Shown here: in pieces, positions 36,995-49,176 of the stretch
Numbering within the stretch: position 1 is the stretch's first letter
Layout of the letters: the number at the start of each line of letters is the position of its first letter
DNA from: Macrostomum lignano
Taxonomy: Eukaryota
DNA: 64,000 nt
Assembly: GCA_002269645.1 (NCBI GenBank)
Contig: NIVC01000458.1
Coordinates: forward strand, 124,001-188,000
Direction: 5' to 3'
Position numbers and translations under genes: made by a program
The notes under the pieces: generated by a model
Databases searched by the model: none
Told to the model about the DNA's origin: nothing
The model's input: the letters and a program-made list of their open reading frames with translations, nothing else

Positions 36995-38401
36995 GCGTGT
37001 TATTTAAACAGGCTTACTTTTGCTTACATAATTCATGTTCTACAATAATAAAGCATGTTTATTAACAATATGTTTAAAATATCAAATAATGCAACACTTT
37101 TAGTTTAAGAGATTTTACTAATTGCAGTATTAACATTAACAGGCAAACGTAAGACATATATGTATCTAATATGTATCAATGAAAAGCACATTTTAAACAG
37201 ATTTATCTAATAAATTAGGGATATAAGCACTTGGCAGCTATATTATCCCAAGATCAGAGGGTCACCGTTTTTGTAATTCCACTGCCCTGAGACAATTTTC
37301 TTGCCTTGGGATTATATTACTACTCTATAGTAATTGTTGTCTTGAGGCAATTCTTGCTTTTTAGTGGCCTTAACTCTAAAAAATGAACAAGCCTATGGAA
37401 TACTGTGGATAGTTAATTTAATTAACATGAGAACAACTTTATTAGCTTATATCAGAAGAACAAATTTGTAAGCTCACAAGCAAGAGATAAGTTGCTCTCC
37501 TTTGGCCTTCCCTGACCCTCTATTTATACTATAGTTTTGAAGTAATTTTAAACAAAACAAATATTTTCTAAAACAATGCTGTTTAAACAAAGTTAGTGGA
37601 ATTATGAATGTGCAGTTTTCTAAGAAAGTAAATTGTAGCAAAATATAAAGTATTAAGTGTGCATAGAAATATTATTATTTATTATAATGTACTACCTCAA
37701 AAGCCAATATAACAATTATTTTGTTATTCTTAACTAATTATTTGTTTTAGATATACTTCAAATTTTGATAAAATTTATACTGTTTTTACTTTTTTAGTAA
37801 ACTAGCTTTGTTGCTCCCGGTATTTACCTTCAATTCAATCAGCCAGCCATACATTTATTACTTAGTAAAGCCAAGTTTCTAGTCTTTTCTTTCTATGGTA
37901 AATTTATACTCCAGAAGTGAAGTCCCTAAAAATACTAATAAATTCAAAATCTCACTTGACTTACTACCCTAGGCCTACTTATAAAAATGTATCTACATAA
38001 AGTATATTTATGTATTATATCTTGATATAATATAGGAATGGCATAAATACAGAATGCTGATACATATATACTGTATCTTAGTATAATAATAAAAAACAAA
38101 CTTTTTATTACTTCAAATCTAGGCACTCATTATTTGCATGGTAGGTACGTATAATAGTGCCAGTGTTATTAACATGGTAACTAAAATAAAAACTTGTTTT
38201 ATATACTGTGTAGCACTTATAGCTATGGTCTAGTAACATTTGACCACCAATCTATCCTTTTTAAGGCAAATCAGTTGCATTCTTGTTTGTTTGTTTTGAA
38301 ACACCCTTTGTACTTTGCATTATAAATAGTACAAGCACTACAAGTTAATAAAAAATGCTAGGCTATAAACATATAAATCACAGCTAAATTCCATCTACCA
38401 A

Positions 38402-38762
38402 CTTTTTTCATTAGAGGCAGGGGGGTTATGTGCACCCTGGTGCACTTTAAGCGACATAGGCATACAACTGGCAAAAGGCATTGCTGCCCATTCCACCGAC
38501 TCCCCAAGTAGGCAAACAAACGCGTAGATACATACGTAGGCACACACTCACATAGGAGTGTACAGCAGCCCTAACTTTATATTATCATTAGGCATATACA
38601 TTTCATTGCACCTTAGGGGTTTGGCTCTCAAGGCTGTTAATTGAATGAGCAGAGCCAAGCCAAGATTCCAATTCAGCCCCAAATTAATGTGACTGCACTT
38701 GGAATCGAGCCTGGGTTACTGGCACACTAGAGCCTGCACTAGACTGCTAGGCTACGGCCCCC
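38402..38762 (-). mobile_element. tRNA-derived SINE, copy 1 (heavily C-to-T mutated)
   Basis: Aligns end to end with the copy at 46686-47042, with tRNA-like head and A-rich tail. Confidence 0.85.
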
Positions 38763-41502
38763 CATCTAGGCCTATGGACTTTTTTTAGTTTAAACTCATT
38801 ATAAAAATAAAAGATACATAGACAAATAGTAGGTAGTCCCTGATAGGATAACTTATCAGTTGATACAGTGAGATTGATTAACTGATAGAGCATTTAAAAG
38901 TTAAATAGGGGCCTATCATATATACTTCTAGAACCCTCAACAGCAACAACTTCAATAGCCACAGCAGCATCCAAGGCACCAAAGCATTTATAAGGTATTT
39001 ATTTCAATGACCATATAAATAACACCGGCACTATTTACACGGTACCATGCAAATAACAACTACCTCTAATCCATGTTATACTTATACTAAATCCTATATA
39101 CTAAATCCCTAATCTATGTTTGTCTGTTTGTGTAAAATGCTCTATAGATTGAAAATCTTGCTTGTATGCATTGCATACTAAATATAATTATTTAATTATA
39201 TCACTAACATGACCCACAAGACTGAAAAGGCCTAGGCCTAACCTACTCTAGTTTAAATTAAGTATAGAACAAAAGTAGGCCAATAGCCTAGTTTTAGAGC
39301 TGATTATTCTTATAATCTATATTCCAGCCTTAAGAATTCATTTTAAATCGACAATTTTTCTTGTTAAGACTATGACTAAGTCATCCTTATAATTATATCT
39401 TAGCTAAAAATTAATTTAAAATTATAAAATATCTGAAAGACAGATTGTATATATAAATTTCTATTGGAAACCTGCCATAAATGGACTGAAACTTTAGAGT
39501 CAGATAGTGCGAGAAATTCTGAATAAGTTTGTAAGAATTTAATTTATGTAAAGTCTAAAGAAGTAAATGTCAATTATTAATTATACCGTAATAATGGTGC
39601 ATATGTGCTGTCGATTTTAACGATTTTAAGTTGAAAAAGTAGCTTTTAATTAATCCTACTTACAAAAGTTTTACCCGTATACTCAACTAAATACAAAAAT
39701 AACTTTTTTATATAAACTTCAAAGTAAGAAAAAGAAAATTTATACCTAAACCTACGCTAAATTTTGTTTTAAAAAAGATTATACATCGCCCGGTTTTAAC
39801 TGTAAAACAGCTTGGGGCTCTTCACATTACCAATTCCAGAACCAGAATCGATTCGGATCTTCCAAGAAAAGAAGCAGTATAACTATTTAACTTTGGTGAA
39901 TGTTTGACTGCCTTACAGCTTCACTTTGCACAATTTTTCACTTTCTTCTTGGCTATTGCCATTCAATAATCACAACTTTAAAGCACTTATATTCCTCTAG
40001 TTTAGGAGACAAAAAGTTATACTTTACAAATTGGATCTGGTTCTAGAACCAGAACAAGCAATATGAAAAGGCCCCTTGTAACACGTGTCCTGCTGACGAA
40101 AAGGCTTTTGACGAAATATCCTGGAACCGAGAAAATGCATTAATTCTATTTAAGAGCTACGACTCCTACGAAGGTATCATGTTTGAAAATTGAATAAAAA
40201 AAATATTTCAAGCGTAATACTTTACTGTAAAAAGCTTATATACCTACACAGACTTAGCGTACATTGACAAATGTACGTAGGTTGAAAGAGAGGTTGGTTA
40301 ACGCTGCCGTAATTGTGATCCTTTCGTCTGACAGGAAACCAGAAATATTAAATTCTTAAGTTTACTTCTCAAGCTTTGAGTCGATCTATAATGTAGGTAT
40401 AGGCATATGAAGTTTTTACTAAAATAGTATGGTAATTGCACATGTACATGCGTGCTTTGTATACACACAGTCATGTATGCAACATTTATTGTACATACAG
40501 TACACGTAGGCAAATTTTTTGTCGTACACAGAAAAGCTTATGCAGCACGTGTATGTATAAAATATTCTTTCATTCAAACGGCGACGGACGAAAGACGGTA
40601 AAACATAACGTTTCCGGATTGTTTAATTAGTGTTAAAAAATTAGGTGGGCTTAGGCTACTACGAATTAAAAGTCTGTATAATAGCTATAGCTCCTAGGTC
40701 GTCACTTTTTGAAAAGTAGAAGTGAACCCGATCTATAAGCTTTGTTTCACATAATGCAAATACATGAACTACTGTACTTAAATTAATCACTACAGGCATT
40801 GAATATTGATTAAGTACAGCAACAACAAAATACGCGACCCTGCATGCAAAGTCACAGCAGGTACACATGCACTGTACGCTGCTTGAATTTTTTAATTTGT
40901 AATAATTCATTATAATGTAATAAGATTCTCTGGCTTCGATCGCCTTCGACTGACAGTCAGCAGGTTCGAATAGCCATAAAAACTTATATTTCCGCCCACT
41001 TCTGCGCCTTTATAGACACAGACTGACCACAGCCGGCAGGCGGCAGCAATCCTTTACAAGCGCGACATATGCCGTGGTCATAGATATATAAAAGGGAACA
41101 ATAAGCATCTCATGCATGTATGTCCTTTTCCGGCAGCAATTGCAATACTAAGCTTCAGCCAAACCCGGGTAGTAAAGTGACGTTTGCGCGACGTCAAAAT
41201 GACGTTGAAAATAGGTCAAAGTGTAACGTCGAAATGACGTCAATTCTGTCGTTGTTTTTTACGTAATTTTGACCTAGATCTGTGACGTTGTTTTGACGTC
41301 AAAATGTACCGAAATTTTACCGTCTTTATTTAATAGATTTAATGGATTTTAAATGCACGAAATGACTGGTATGATGTCTTTTAAGAAAACGAATGTTACT
41401 GGCTTTATGATTGATGGTTATCTTTGCATTCTGAAGTCAACTTTCTTTGAATGTGTGTAGGCAGTACATGTATGTACCCATCTTATTTCTAGAAGCTAAT
41501 TG

Positions 41503-41675
41503 CAGTGGCGTAGCTAGGAATTTCCTTCCGGGGGTCACAGTCACAGCGGCAACCGGGGGCGGGGTGCTAGTAGGCCTCTGCGACGGGGGAGGGGGGCTGC
41601 TGCCTGTATTTGGCCTGGATCAGCCGGCTGGGGGGGGGTTCATGACCCCAATGACCCCACTTGGCTACGCCCCTG
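41503..41675. mobile_element. Short hAT-like MITE
   Basis: TIR CAGTGGCGTAGC / GCTACGCCCCTG (11 of 12), TSD GCTAATTG / GCTAATAG (7 of 8). Confidence 0.75.
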
Positions 41676-41763
41676 GCTAATAGTTACATTTTACCAGAAA
41701 ATATTAAACAAGAATACATGCGGACAAAGCCTTATATTCATCTTCTCTTGTATACATACATAT

Positions 41764-43598
41764 TGTAGACATTGGATTTAGAAGTTATATATAGGATGTT
41801 ACTTTTCTTCGTAAATTGTTATTTTAACACAAATTAAGTTGATGTAGACTAAGGCAGAGAGATACGACTGAGAGTTGACGAAGCCTCTTGGCGTTTATTA
41901 GATCGATACGCAGGTTAAATACGATACAACGATTGTTACATAACTGGTTATAAAAGATAGAGACAGGGGTGGGTGAAAAGCACGTACATGTTGTACAATA
42001 GCAACCCCCACCCCGCTCTAGCGACTGGCGCATACAAGTACACTTGCAACTCACTACAATCCTCCCCGGCGAAAAAGATCAATAACATTCAAACGAATAA
42101 TTCGAAGGAAACATAAGAACAGTAAAACATTCGAAACAATATTGGTATAAAGAATTTCTCGCTTTCAAATAATTCGCAACAGTCAGTAGAACAGTCACTG
42201 AGTCAATCAAAAATTCAACCGGCCACATAGCGATCCACCAGCATCCGCCTACGCATCGGGTAGCGTCTCGGGGGCAGCTCCTCGTCCGCCTCATCGCCGC
42301 CGTGCGCCGCGTGCGCAAAGGGCGGCTGCAGGAAGCGCTCTCCGTCAGGGACTGGCAGGATCCGCGGCCGCAGACGATTCACATTCACCCTGCGGGTCCG
42401 GCCGTTCTCGATCTTTCGAATTTCGACTACCAGATCCCGCTGCGACAGCACCTGCCAGCCCGGCTCCCAGTACGGCGCCAGCTTGGAGCCCCTCAGCTCG
42501 ATGCGCAGCAGAACCTCGTCTCCAGGACTGAACGTGCGCAGCTGCCCGGTCGACCTGTCGTAGCCGCTCTTTTGCTCGCCAGCCGCCTGCACCAGATGCT
42601 CCTCGACAAACTCTCGAATTCGCAGCAGGTCGCCCTCGAGCTTGTCGGCGTAGGTGCGCACGTCATAGAATCGCCTGGACTGCTGGCTGATGACCGGCAG
42701 GCTCGGATCGCGCCCGGTGAACACCTTCAGTGGCGGCAGCTGTGTTGAGCAGTGCACCCGGGAATTGTAGGACAGCAGGATCAGTGGCAGCTTGTCCTCC
42801 CACTCGCTCTCTCGCTCGGTGAAACACCTGAGTAACTGCAGCACTGACTTGTTGCCTGACTCTGCTAATCCGTTGCCTTTGGGATTGTAAGCCGTTGTTC
42901 TTGTCTTCGTGACTCCCAGGCCTCGCAGAGTGTCTTGAAAAAGCTGAGACTCGAAACTCGGTCCTTGATCGGAGTGGATGACTCGGGGAAGTCCAGTCTG
43001 GGAGCAGATGGAGAGGAAGGCGCGAGCAGTAGTCTCAGCAGTCTGGTCAGGAATCGCCACGGCCGTCAGGTACTTGGAAAACTGATCCTGAGCCACCAGC
43101 AGGTATTTGTTGCCGCGCGATGATGGCGCCACCTTGACGATGTCGATAGCCACAGAATCCCACGGCGAGCCGATTGGCAGTTCTCCGAGTGGCGCGCTGG
43201 TCCGCGAGCCCGCTTTCTTCTCCTGACAGACAGAACAACTCTGGCAGTGTTGCACGATGTCTTCAGCCATTCCGGGCCAGTAGGCGGTCAGTTTCAGTGT
43301 GCGGTAGCATTTCTCGGCTCCGAAATGACCTCCCAGACCTTCGTGAGCGTTGGTCAAAAACTGTTGTCGAAGCCGCGCTGGCACCACTGGAACCTCCCGC
43401 AGGCCGTCCGGGTCATTGAACTTGCGCAGTAGAACACCGTCATCATCCAGCTTCAGCTTCTTCCAGATTCTGCCGAGTTGCTGCAGTGGTCCTGCTCGCC
43501 ATCTGGGTGCAATTTCTGCGTCTTTGTCCATCGCCTGAATCACCTGGCTGAGCTCCGGGTCATGTCGCTGCGCAGTTTTGAGCTCTTCAGTGTCGATT
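41764..43598 (-). mobile_element. 5'-truncated Gypsy/Ty3 LTR retrotransposon: integrase plus PPT plus 3' LTR
   Basis: ORF 42215-43543 has an HHCC zinc finger (AHEGLGGH...CQSCSVC) and an rve core (VAIDIV, HSDQGPSFES, GNGLAES). PPT GGGGAGGA is followed by the LTR start TGTAG at 42058. The LTR carries AATAAA and ends at CTACA (41764, alternatively 41843). No RT or gag present. Confidence 0.92.
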
Positions 43599-44012
43599 TA
43601 CTAATTATTTACTAGTGTCGATTACTAAGCTTCAGCCAAAAGGGCGTACACATGCTTACAGTGTGACGGCAGGTTTCCGGTGCAGGCAATGGATTTAAAG
43701 AAATGTTAGAAACATTAGAAAATATCTATTGCATGTAAAATATTTATTTTTTATCGTTGTCATGAATACAATAAAGAGGAATGTAGTACAAATAACAATT
43801 AGGTTACATTTAGGGGTTGGACTTATCAGCACTTAAGAACGACTCTCAGTTCCCATTCATTTACGGGTACATGCACGCTCGTATATCCCGATGACCTATC
43901 AAACACTGAGAATTTCAGACAATCTCTGGTGTCCTAAAAGAAGGTTCCAGAATAGCGGCGGGCACTATGAAGCAGCTGTTCAAATAATTTAACAAAAAAT
44001 CAGTCTTTACTT

Positions 44013-45713
44013 TCAATTCGACGCCGGCCTGCAGCAGACAGCAAAAAGAAGCACATTGTGCAGCAGCTCGAACAGCTCCAACACGGTGAGCAGCGAACAT
44101 CCCAGATACAAACCAAGTGCGCTGCCAACGTCCGCGATGAACTGACCAAGCCGATAGTCAAGGCTGAATGTTGTCAGAGAGCTTCGACTTGCTTCTGCTC
44201 TCAACGTGACTCTCACCGCTGCTCGCCGGAAGTAGCGCAACGCTCCGTCTTCGAAGTCAATAAGACGCACTGATTTATCGATAAACTGCAATGTTCCAAC
44301 ACCCGTCTCGAGTGATCTGAACTGCGATCGATCAACACGTTGCAGCAAAGAGCCAATGACGTTATCCACCAGACGAACGAGACTCGCTTGGTTCGGCCAC
44401 ATTCCATAAGATGACGTCACGGAGTAAGTGCGTCGCTTGCACAGTCGCTTCGCGGAGCACAAGTCGTACCACGTGCTGTTGCCGCCATTGACATCCACAC
44501 GCGCTTTTACGGACGCCTTCATGTTTCGATGAATTGCTTCTTCAGTTTCAGCCGCTGTGAGGTTCAGGCACAGAGGGAGATGTCTAAACTCCCAGGTTGT
44601 AGGCTCAGGTGTCGGGCTGCAGTTGTACCTCTGCTGTCTGTCCCTCGCCATCTCCGAATAGTAGCAGTGAGCCTCGCTGTAGCTGAACGCATCTGCGGCA
44701 CCGTTGTACGGGTTCAAGAACAGAACTGGGTCGTCGTGTTTCTCAACGCACTGGCCGGGAAAGTCCGCCGGTGTCATCTGGGCATCTTGCATTGCGATGG
44801 AGACGTCGTAGGCTCGACCGGGACCCAGGCTGATCACATTAGAGGTGAATCGAGACGGGTAGTGACCTCTGGGCGTCAGGTAGAGATACATTCCGCTGCC
44901 TTTATCGAACCCGATCGGATTCTCCAGGTTCCAGTCGAATGGATATAATGTTATCTGATGACCAGATACGACAACAGACATTGTTGGAAGCCGGTCTGTA
45001 TGGTTTGAAAACAGGCCAAGCTTATCGAAGTCAAAGAAGTAAGGATCGAGAAGCAGGTCGAGCTGCAATCTGTTGTTCGTATTCTGCATCCGAGATAACT
45101 CAGCATCGGTGAGGGCAAGCTTGAAGCACTTCAGATGGTTCGGGTGGAACAGCGTCTCTACCGCGATCGGGGAATTCAGACTGCGATCTGAGCCTGCACT
45201 GAAGATTCCGTAGTTTCCGTAGAATGTCTGCAGCTTTCTCTGACCCACAATGTCCGCCAGAGTTCTGTAGGGCAGAGACTGGATCAAGCTTGTTGGCCGA
45301 AGTTCGCACAGTGTTGTGTTTTCACTCTCCGACGCATTCAGAGATCGTAGAGCGGCATCGAATGCAGTCTGAGCAGCATAGAACGGCATGTTCACCTGGT
45401 CCGCCTCTGATCTGTTCAGTCGGTAGATAAACGAGCCAGCGGCTTGGAGACTGTTGCAAAAGTAGACATCGGGAAACTCGAATGGAACCTTTTCCGCTTT
45501 GAACTCGGACCTTACGCTCGGACTGTTCAGGCGTCGAATGTAGACGGTGCAGGTGTTAAGCAGAAGGCCCAGGAAGCTCAAGAATGCCAGAAGCCAGAAG
45601 ATCCTCAGTACAATGACGCGACTTGCAGGGGCCACACGGCCGATGGCGTGAGCTGTGGTATTGGCCACGGATTCTTTGACTATCACGGACAGAGGTAGGC
45701 GCTGGGCGTCCAT
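44013..45713 (-). CDS. DEG/ENaC family channel subunit, copy B, intact and intronless, 566 aa
   Basis: N-terminal NTTAHAIGRV, TM1 IFWLLAFLSFLGLLL, FPDVYFCN, Cys-containing ectodomain, TM2 QFIADVGSALGLYLGCSLLTVLELFE with a GxS filter. Confidence 0.93.
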   Translation of the reverse strand: MDAQRLPLSVIVKESVANTTAHAIGRVAPASRVIVLRIFWLLAFLSFLGLLLNTCTVYIRRLNSPSVRSEFKAEKVPFEFPDVYFCNSLQAAGSFIYRLNRSEADQVNMPFYAAQTAFDAALRSLNASESENTTLCELRPTSLIQSLPYRTLADIVGQRKLQTFYGNYGIFSAGSDRSLNSPIAVETLFHPNHLKCFKLALTDAELSRMQNTNNRLQLDLLLDPYFFDFDKLGLFSNHTDRLPTMSVVVSGHQITLYPFDWNLENPIGFDKGSGMYLYLTPRGHYPSRFTSNVISLGPGRAYDVSIAMQDAQMTPADFPGQCVEKHDDPVLFLNPYNGAADAFSYSEAHCYYSEMARDRQQRYNCSPTPEPTTWEFRHLPLCLNLTAAETEEAIHRNMKASVKARVDVNGGNSTWYDLCSAKRLCKRRTYSVTSSYGMWPNQASLVRLVDNVIGSLLQRVDRSQFRSLETGVGTLQFIDKSVRLIDFEDGALRYFRRAAVRVTLRAEASRSSLTTFSLDYRLGQFIADVGSALGLYLGCSLLTVLELFELLHNVLLFAVCCRPASN

Positions 45714-46685
45714 TCCCCGGCAGTTTCTTGGCGACTTAGAGACTTGGCGACTGACTGCTGTGCAGTTATACTCAACTCAATAGAGAGGCAATCAAGGAAA
45801 TGAATCGATCTGTACCGGCTCAATCATTCCAATCAGAAAGCTCCAAGTGCACCTATTTACTTTGGTAACAAATGGAAGTTTTTGACCAATATAAAGCATA
45901 TATGACTTCCACCTCGCTCTCGTTGCTTAGGGCAACACAGCTTTTGGCCCTTCCAATTAACCAAGCAGTTCAGCGACAGTTATAACTGACGAGAATTGCC
46001 TTGCATTGTTTGTGCAGCTCAGTTAAACAGAGCGTGCATTGGTTAGCTAATGCTTTACGGTGTGTATTGTTTGATGAGTGGCCTAGGCTAATAACCTGCC
46101 GTGCTAAGCAACTCTATACCTGCCCCAACTGCAGCAGACAGGATCACATGCTTGGCAAAATAATTTCAATTCTGTTTGTTCAGGGGCCAATGCCAAATTT
46201 TCAATTATGGAACATGCATTTTAACCATGATTCTTAGTTGCCTTCCTTCGCATTTCATTTGTTTGATTTGAGAAACAGCTGAAGGTTTATGTGATTAGAC
46301 GTTTGTGCTTCCTCCATCTTCCTAGTTTTTGCTGCCCATAGATGCTTGGGATATTTTTATGGACATGAAATGCTGGTTAGGGGAAATGGCTATCTTTATA
46401 GTGCATTTGGTTCAGGAAACTGGCCCTTACATGGCTCCATAGAAGAAAACTCTAGAATACGATTAGTAAACCAAAAATTCAAATTGGCTAATTGTTACTT
46501 GCGGAGTTCACTAACGCTTACACCTCACCATTGAGCATTAGTGAACAGTCATGAATGAGCCCTCATTGTGCAATCACGGAGATGCACTACATCGATTTTT
46601 TGCAGTTTTCAAACTTCACAGAACGGATTGTCAACCAACGCAATCTCGAACCCCTCAGCCCACTGCAATAAGCGATGCGTTGCTT

Positions 46686-47042
46686 TTTTATTAGAGGCAG
46701 GAGGGTTGTGTGCACCCTGGCGCACTTTACGCGACATAGGCACACAACCGGCGAGAGGCATTACTGCCTATTCCGCCGACTCCCCTGAGCAGGCATACAA
46801 GCGCGCGGATACGTACGCAGGCACACACTCACACAGGAGTGTACAGCGGCCCTAACTTTATATTATCGTTAGGCATGTACACTTCACTGCGCCTTGGGGG
46901 GTTGGCTCTCAAGGCTGTTAATTGCACGAGCAGAGCCAAGCCGAGATTCCAATTCAGCCCCAAATTAATGGGACTGCACTTGGAATCGAGCCTGGGTCGC
47001 TGGCACACCAGAGCAGCTGCGCTACCGCTGGGCTACGGCCCC
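46686..47042 (-). mobile_element. tRNA-derived SINE, copy 2 (best preserved)
   Basis: Head GGGGCCGTAGCCCAGCGG (A box) ... GGCTCGATTCC (B box), A-rich tail, 13-bp TSD CGATGCGTTGCTT (46673-46685, 47043-47055). Confidence 0.92.
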
Positions 47043-47304
47043 CGATGCGTTGCTTAATACACGCATATTCTTGTATGCAGAGGAAAAGCTACCCTTTCAA
47101 TCCAACCAATCTGCATCTAGCAAATAGCAAAGAACCATAAAATCCAACGAAAAATGTCTTGGTAAATACTTCAGAGACGATGAATGCACCGACACTTGTT
47201 ATCTCAAACCGAAATCGCACACAGGGACACATGGGTAGCAACATCGTTTATGAAACTTAAATTGCGGATTATAGAAAGTCCAACTTTAACAACTGCACCA
47301 TGAC

Positions 47305-49176
47305 TTAATTGCTCTTAAACTCGACAATTCGAAAGGCCTCGAGAAACTCGTTGAAGTCGATCCTGCCGTCCTTGTTGAGGTCCATCGCTTTGGCCATGTC
47401 GACAATCTCGGCTTCAGGCAGGTTACGCTTGGTGGCTCGGCCCAGAACTCGGCAGCACTCCTTGAACTCGTCCAGACTGATGTAGCCGCTGTTGTCGCGG
47501 TCCATGATGCGGAAGATGGTCTCCAGCTCTTCCTTGTTTTTGTAAACGGCCTCCATCACTGAAAAATCTGGCAACGGGAAGAATGTGTTTTCCATACTGT
47601 TCTGCAAGGTTGCTCTCTGGAAGGTCGTCATGTACATGACGCGTTTGTTCGCAGTAAGCTCTGTCAGATGAGGCCGCAACATTCTCCACGGCAGATTGAA
47701 CTTCAGCACCGACTCCATCGCGCTGCACCACTGGGCGACGGTGACGCAGCCGGTCTTGCGGGAATCCATTTTGCTGAAGGCTGCCACCAGCTCGGTCTTG
47801 CTTGCGGCGATTTTCGCCCGAAGGCTGCGCAGAGCGGCGTCTTCGGCGCAGAAAATTTGACGACCGAGAGGCTTAATGTTTTTTTTGTTTGGGCAGAACC
47901 GCACAATCTCCGGCTTTCCGTTGCTGTCGAACTTGACGTAGGCACCGGGATTGCTGCCCTCGAACTGATAGTTGGACGCGGAGAAGATCGTCAGCACACA
48001 TTCGCAGTGAGTATAACAGTATCCATCAATTGGATCCTGGTGAGAGCGAACTAGCAGCTTGAATCGGTTCCGCTGCAAGAAGTTTGCCGTGATGTCCGGT
48101 CCAAAGAGGCAGCCTTTGCCGCGGCTGCTGATTTGGGATCCGTGCTGCCCGTGAGGATCGCTCCACAACAAGTCTCCCACTTGTTCCCATTCCATTTTAT
48201 CAATATTTCCATTTTTTGAGTTTGAAAAAAGCGAATAGTACTTGTGCCTGTCAAGTTTATCTAGCAGCTCGAGGTCCAGGTTTTCCGAGATGCCACCGTG
48301 AACTACAAAGATGCTCTCATCAATAATTGTGGCAAGCGGAAGCCATGAAAACACTTCGTTAAATAGATCGACGACTTTGTGTGATAGTAAATTGTACTTT
48401 TTGTGAATCTCTTTGTTGAAGCCGTATTTCTGGTTAATAATGGGGTCTTCATGGTTGCCGCGGTTGATAAAAACCGCCGTCGGCCACACCAGCTGACAGG
48501 CGAACAGCAGCAGCGCTACCTCTACCGAATTTGAGCCACGGTCGACGATGTCTCCGTTGAACACGTACGGGTTGGTGACGTCCGGCAGGCCGTTCTTGTA
48601 GAAAATGAGCAGCAGATCCTCCAGCTGCCCGTGCAGGTCTCCGACCACCGTCACCTGCTTGGAGATGCTCGTGCTGAGTCGATAAATGTTTGGCCTTGTC
48701 TTGAGTTCCAGTCGGACTTCATGCAGCAGCTGCATGACATAGCGAGCGTGCAGCCGTCCTCCCTGACTGAAGTGGTCTATCAGAGTTTGGACCTGAGTGG
48801 CGCTCAGAGGGAAGGTCAACCGAGGCCCCGAGTAGGACGTTTCGACGGCGATATCTTCAAAATTTGTCCAACTAGGTAGTTCTCGCTCCTGCCGGTTGGC
48901 GCTCGACTCAATCTCTTGAAGACGCTGAGCAAAACTGCGATCAGCTCCTCCTCCGGACAGTTCGGAGCCAACGTTGAGTACGTCATTGAAAAAGTTTTGC
49001 AAATTAATGCGATTATTCTCACTGGAGTACTCGATGTTTTGGTGGATTCTCCAGGCTACGCGTTTTCTGGCCTCAAGGCGGGCCCTGTATCGGCGGTACC
49101 ATTTCTGTATCGACACAATGGCCTTAATCTTGACTTCACCACCACTGCTCATTAATTTTGTAGTAGCTGTAGCCAT
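47305..49176 (-). CDS. PPEF: PPEF/rdgC family phosphatase, copy B, intronless (about 623 aa from the first ATG)
   Basis: Same IQ, PPP and EF-hand motifs as copy A. The track ORF starts at a TTG (49329); the first ATG is MATATT at 49176. Confidence 0.95.
   Translation of the reverse strand: MATATTKLMSSGGEVKIKAIVSIQKWYRRYRARLEARKRVAWRIHQNIEYSSENNRINLQNFFNDVLNVGSELSGGGADRSFAQRLQEIESSANRQERELPSWTNFEDIAVETSYSGPRLTFPLSATQVQTLIDHFSQGGRLHARYVMQLLHEVRLELKTRPNIYRLSTSISKQVTVVGDLHGQLEDLLLIFYKNGLPDVTNPYVFNGDIVDRGSNSVEVALLLFACQLVWPTAVFINRGNHEDPIINQKYGFNKEIHKKYNLLSHKVVDLFNEVFSWLPLATIIDESIFVVHGGISENLDLELLDKLDRHKYYSLFSNSKNGNIDKMEWEQVGDLLWSDPHGQHGSQISSRGKGCLFGPDITANFLQRNRFKLLVRSHQDPIDGYCYTHCECVLTIFSASNYQFEGSNPGAYVKFDSNGKPEIVRFCPNKKNIKPLGRQIFCAEDAALRSLRAKIAASKTELVAAFSKMDSRKTGCVTVAQWCSAMESVLKFNLPWRMLRPHLTELTANKRVMYMTTFQRATLQNSMENTFFPLPDFSVMEAVYKNKEELETIFRIMDRDNSGYISLDEFKECCRVLGRATKRNLPEAEIVDMAKAMDLNKDGRIDFNEFLEAFRIVEFKSN

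Noticed and set aside
39814-40075. Possible Harbinger-like MITE (GGGGCTCTTCACATT ends)
   Set aside because: TIRs are degenerate and no consistent TSD could be read.
46970-47042. Functional tRNA gene
   Set aside because: The cloverleaf is imperfect and the sequence continues into a SINE body with tail and TSD.
42302-48879. Short + strand ORFs overlapping the integrase, ENaC and PPEF genes
   Set aside because: Antisense shadows of GC-rich coding sequence.
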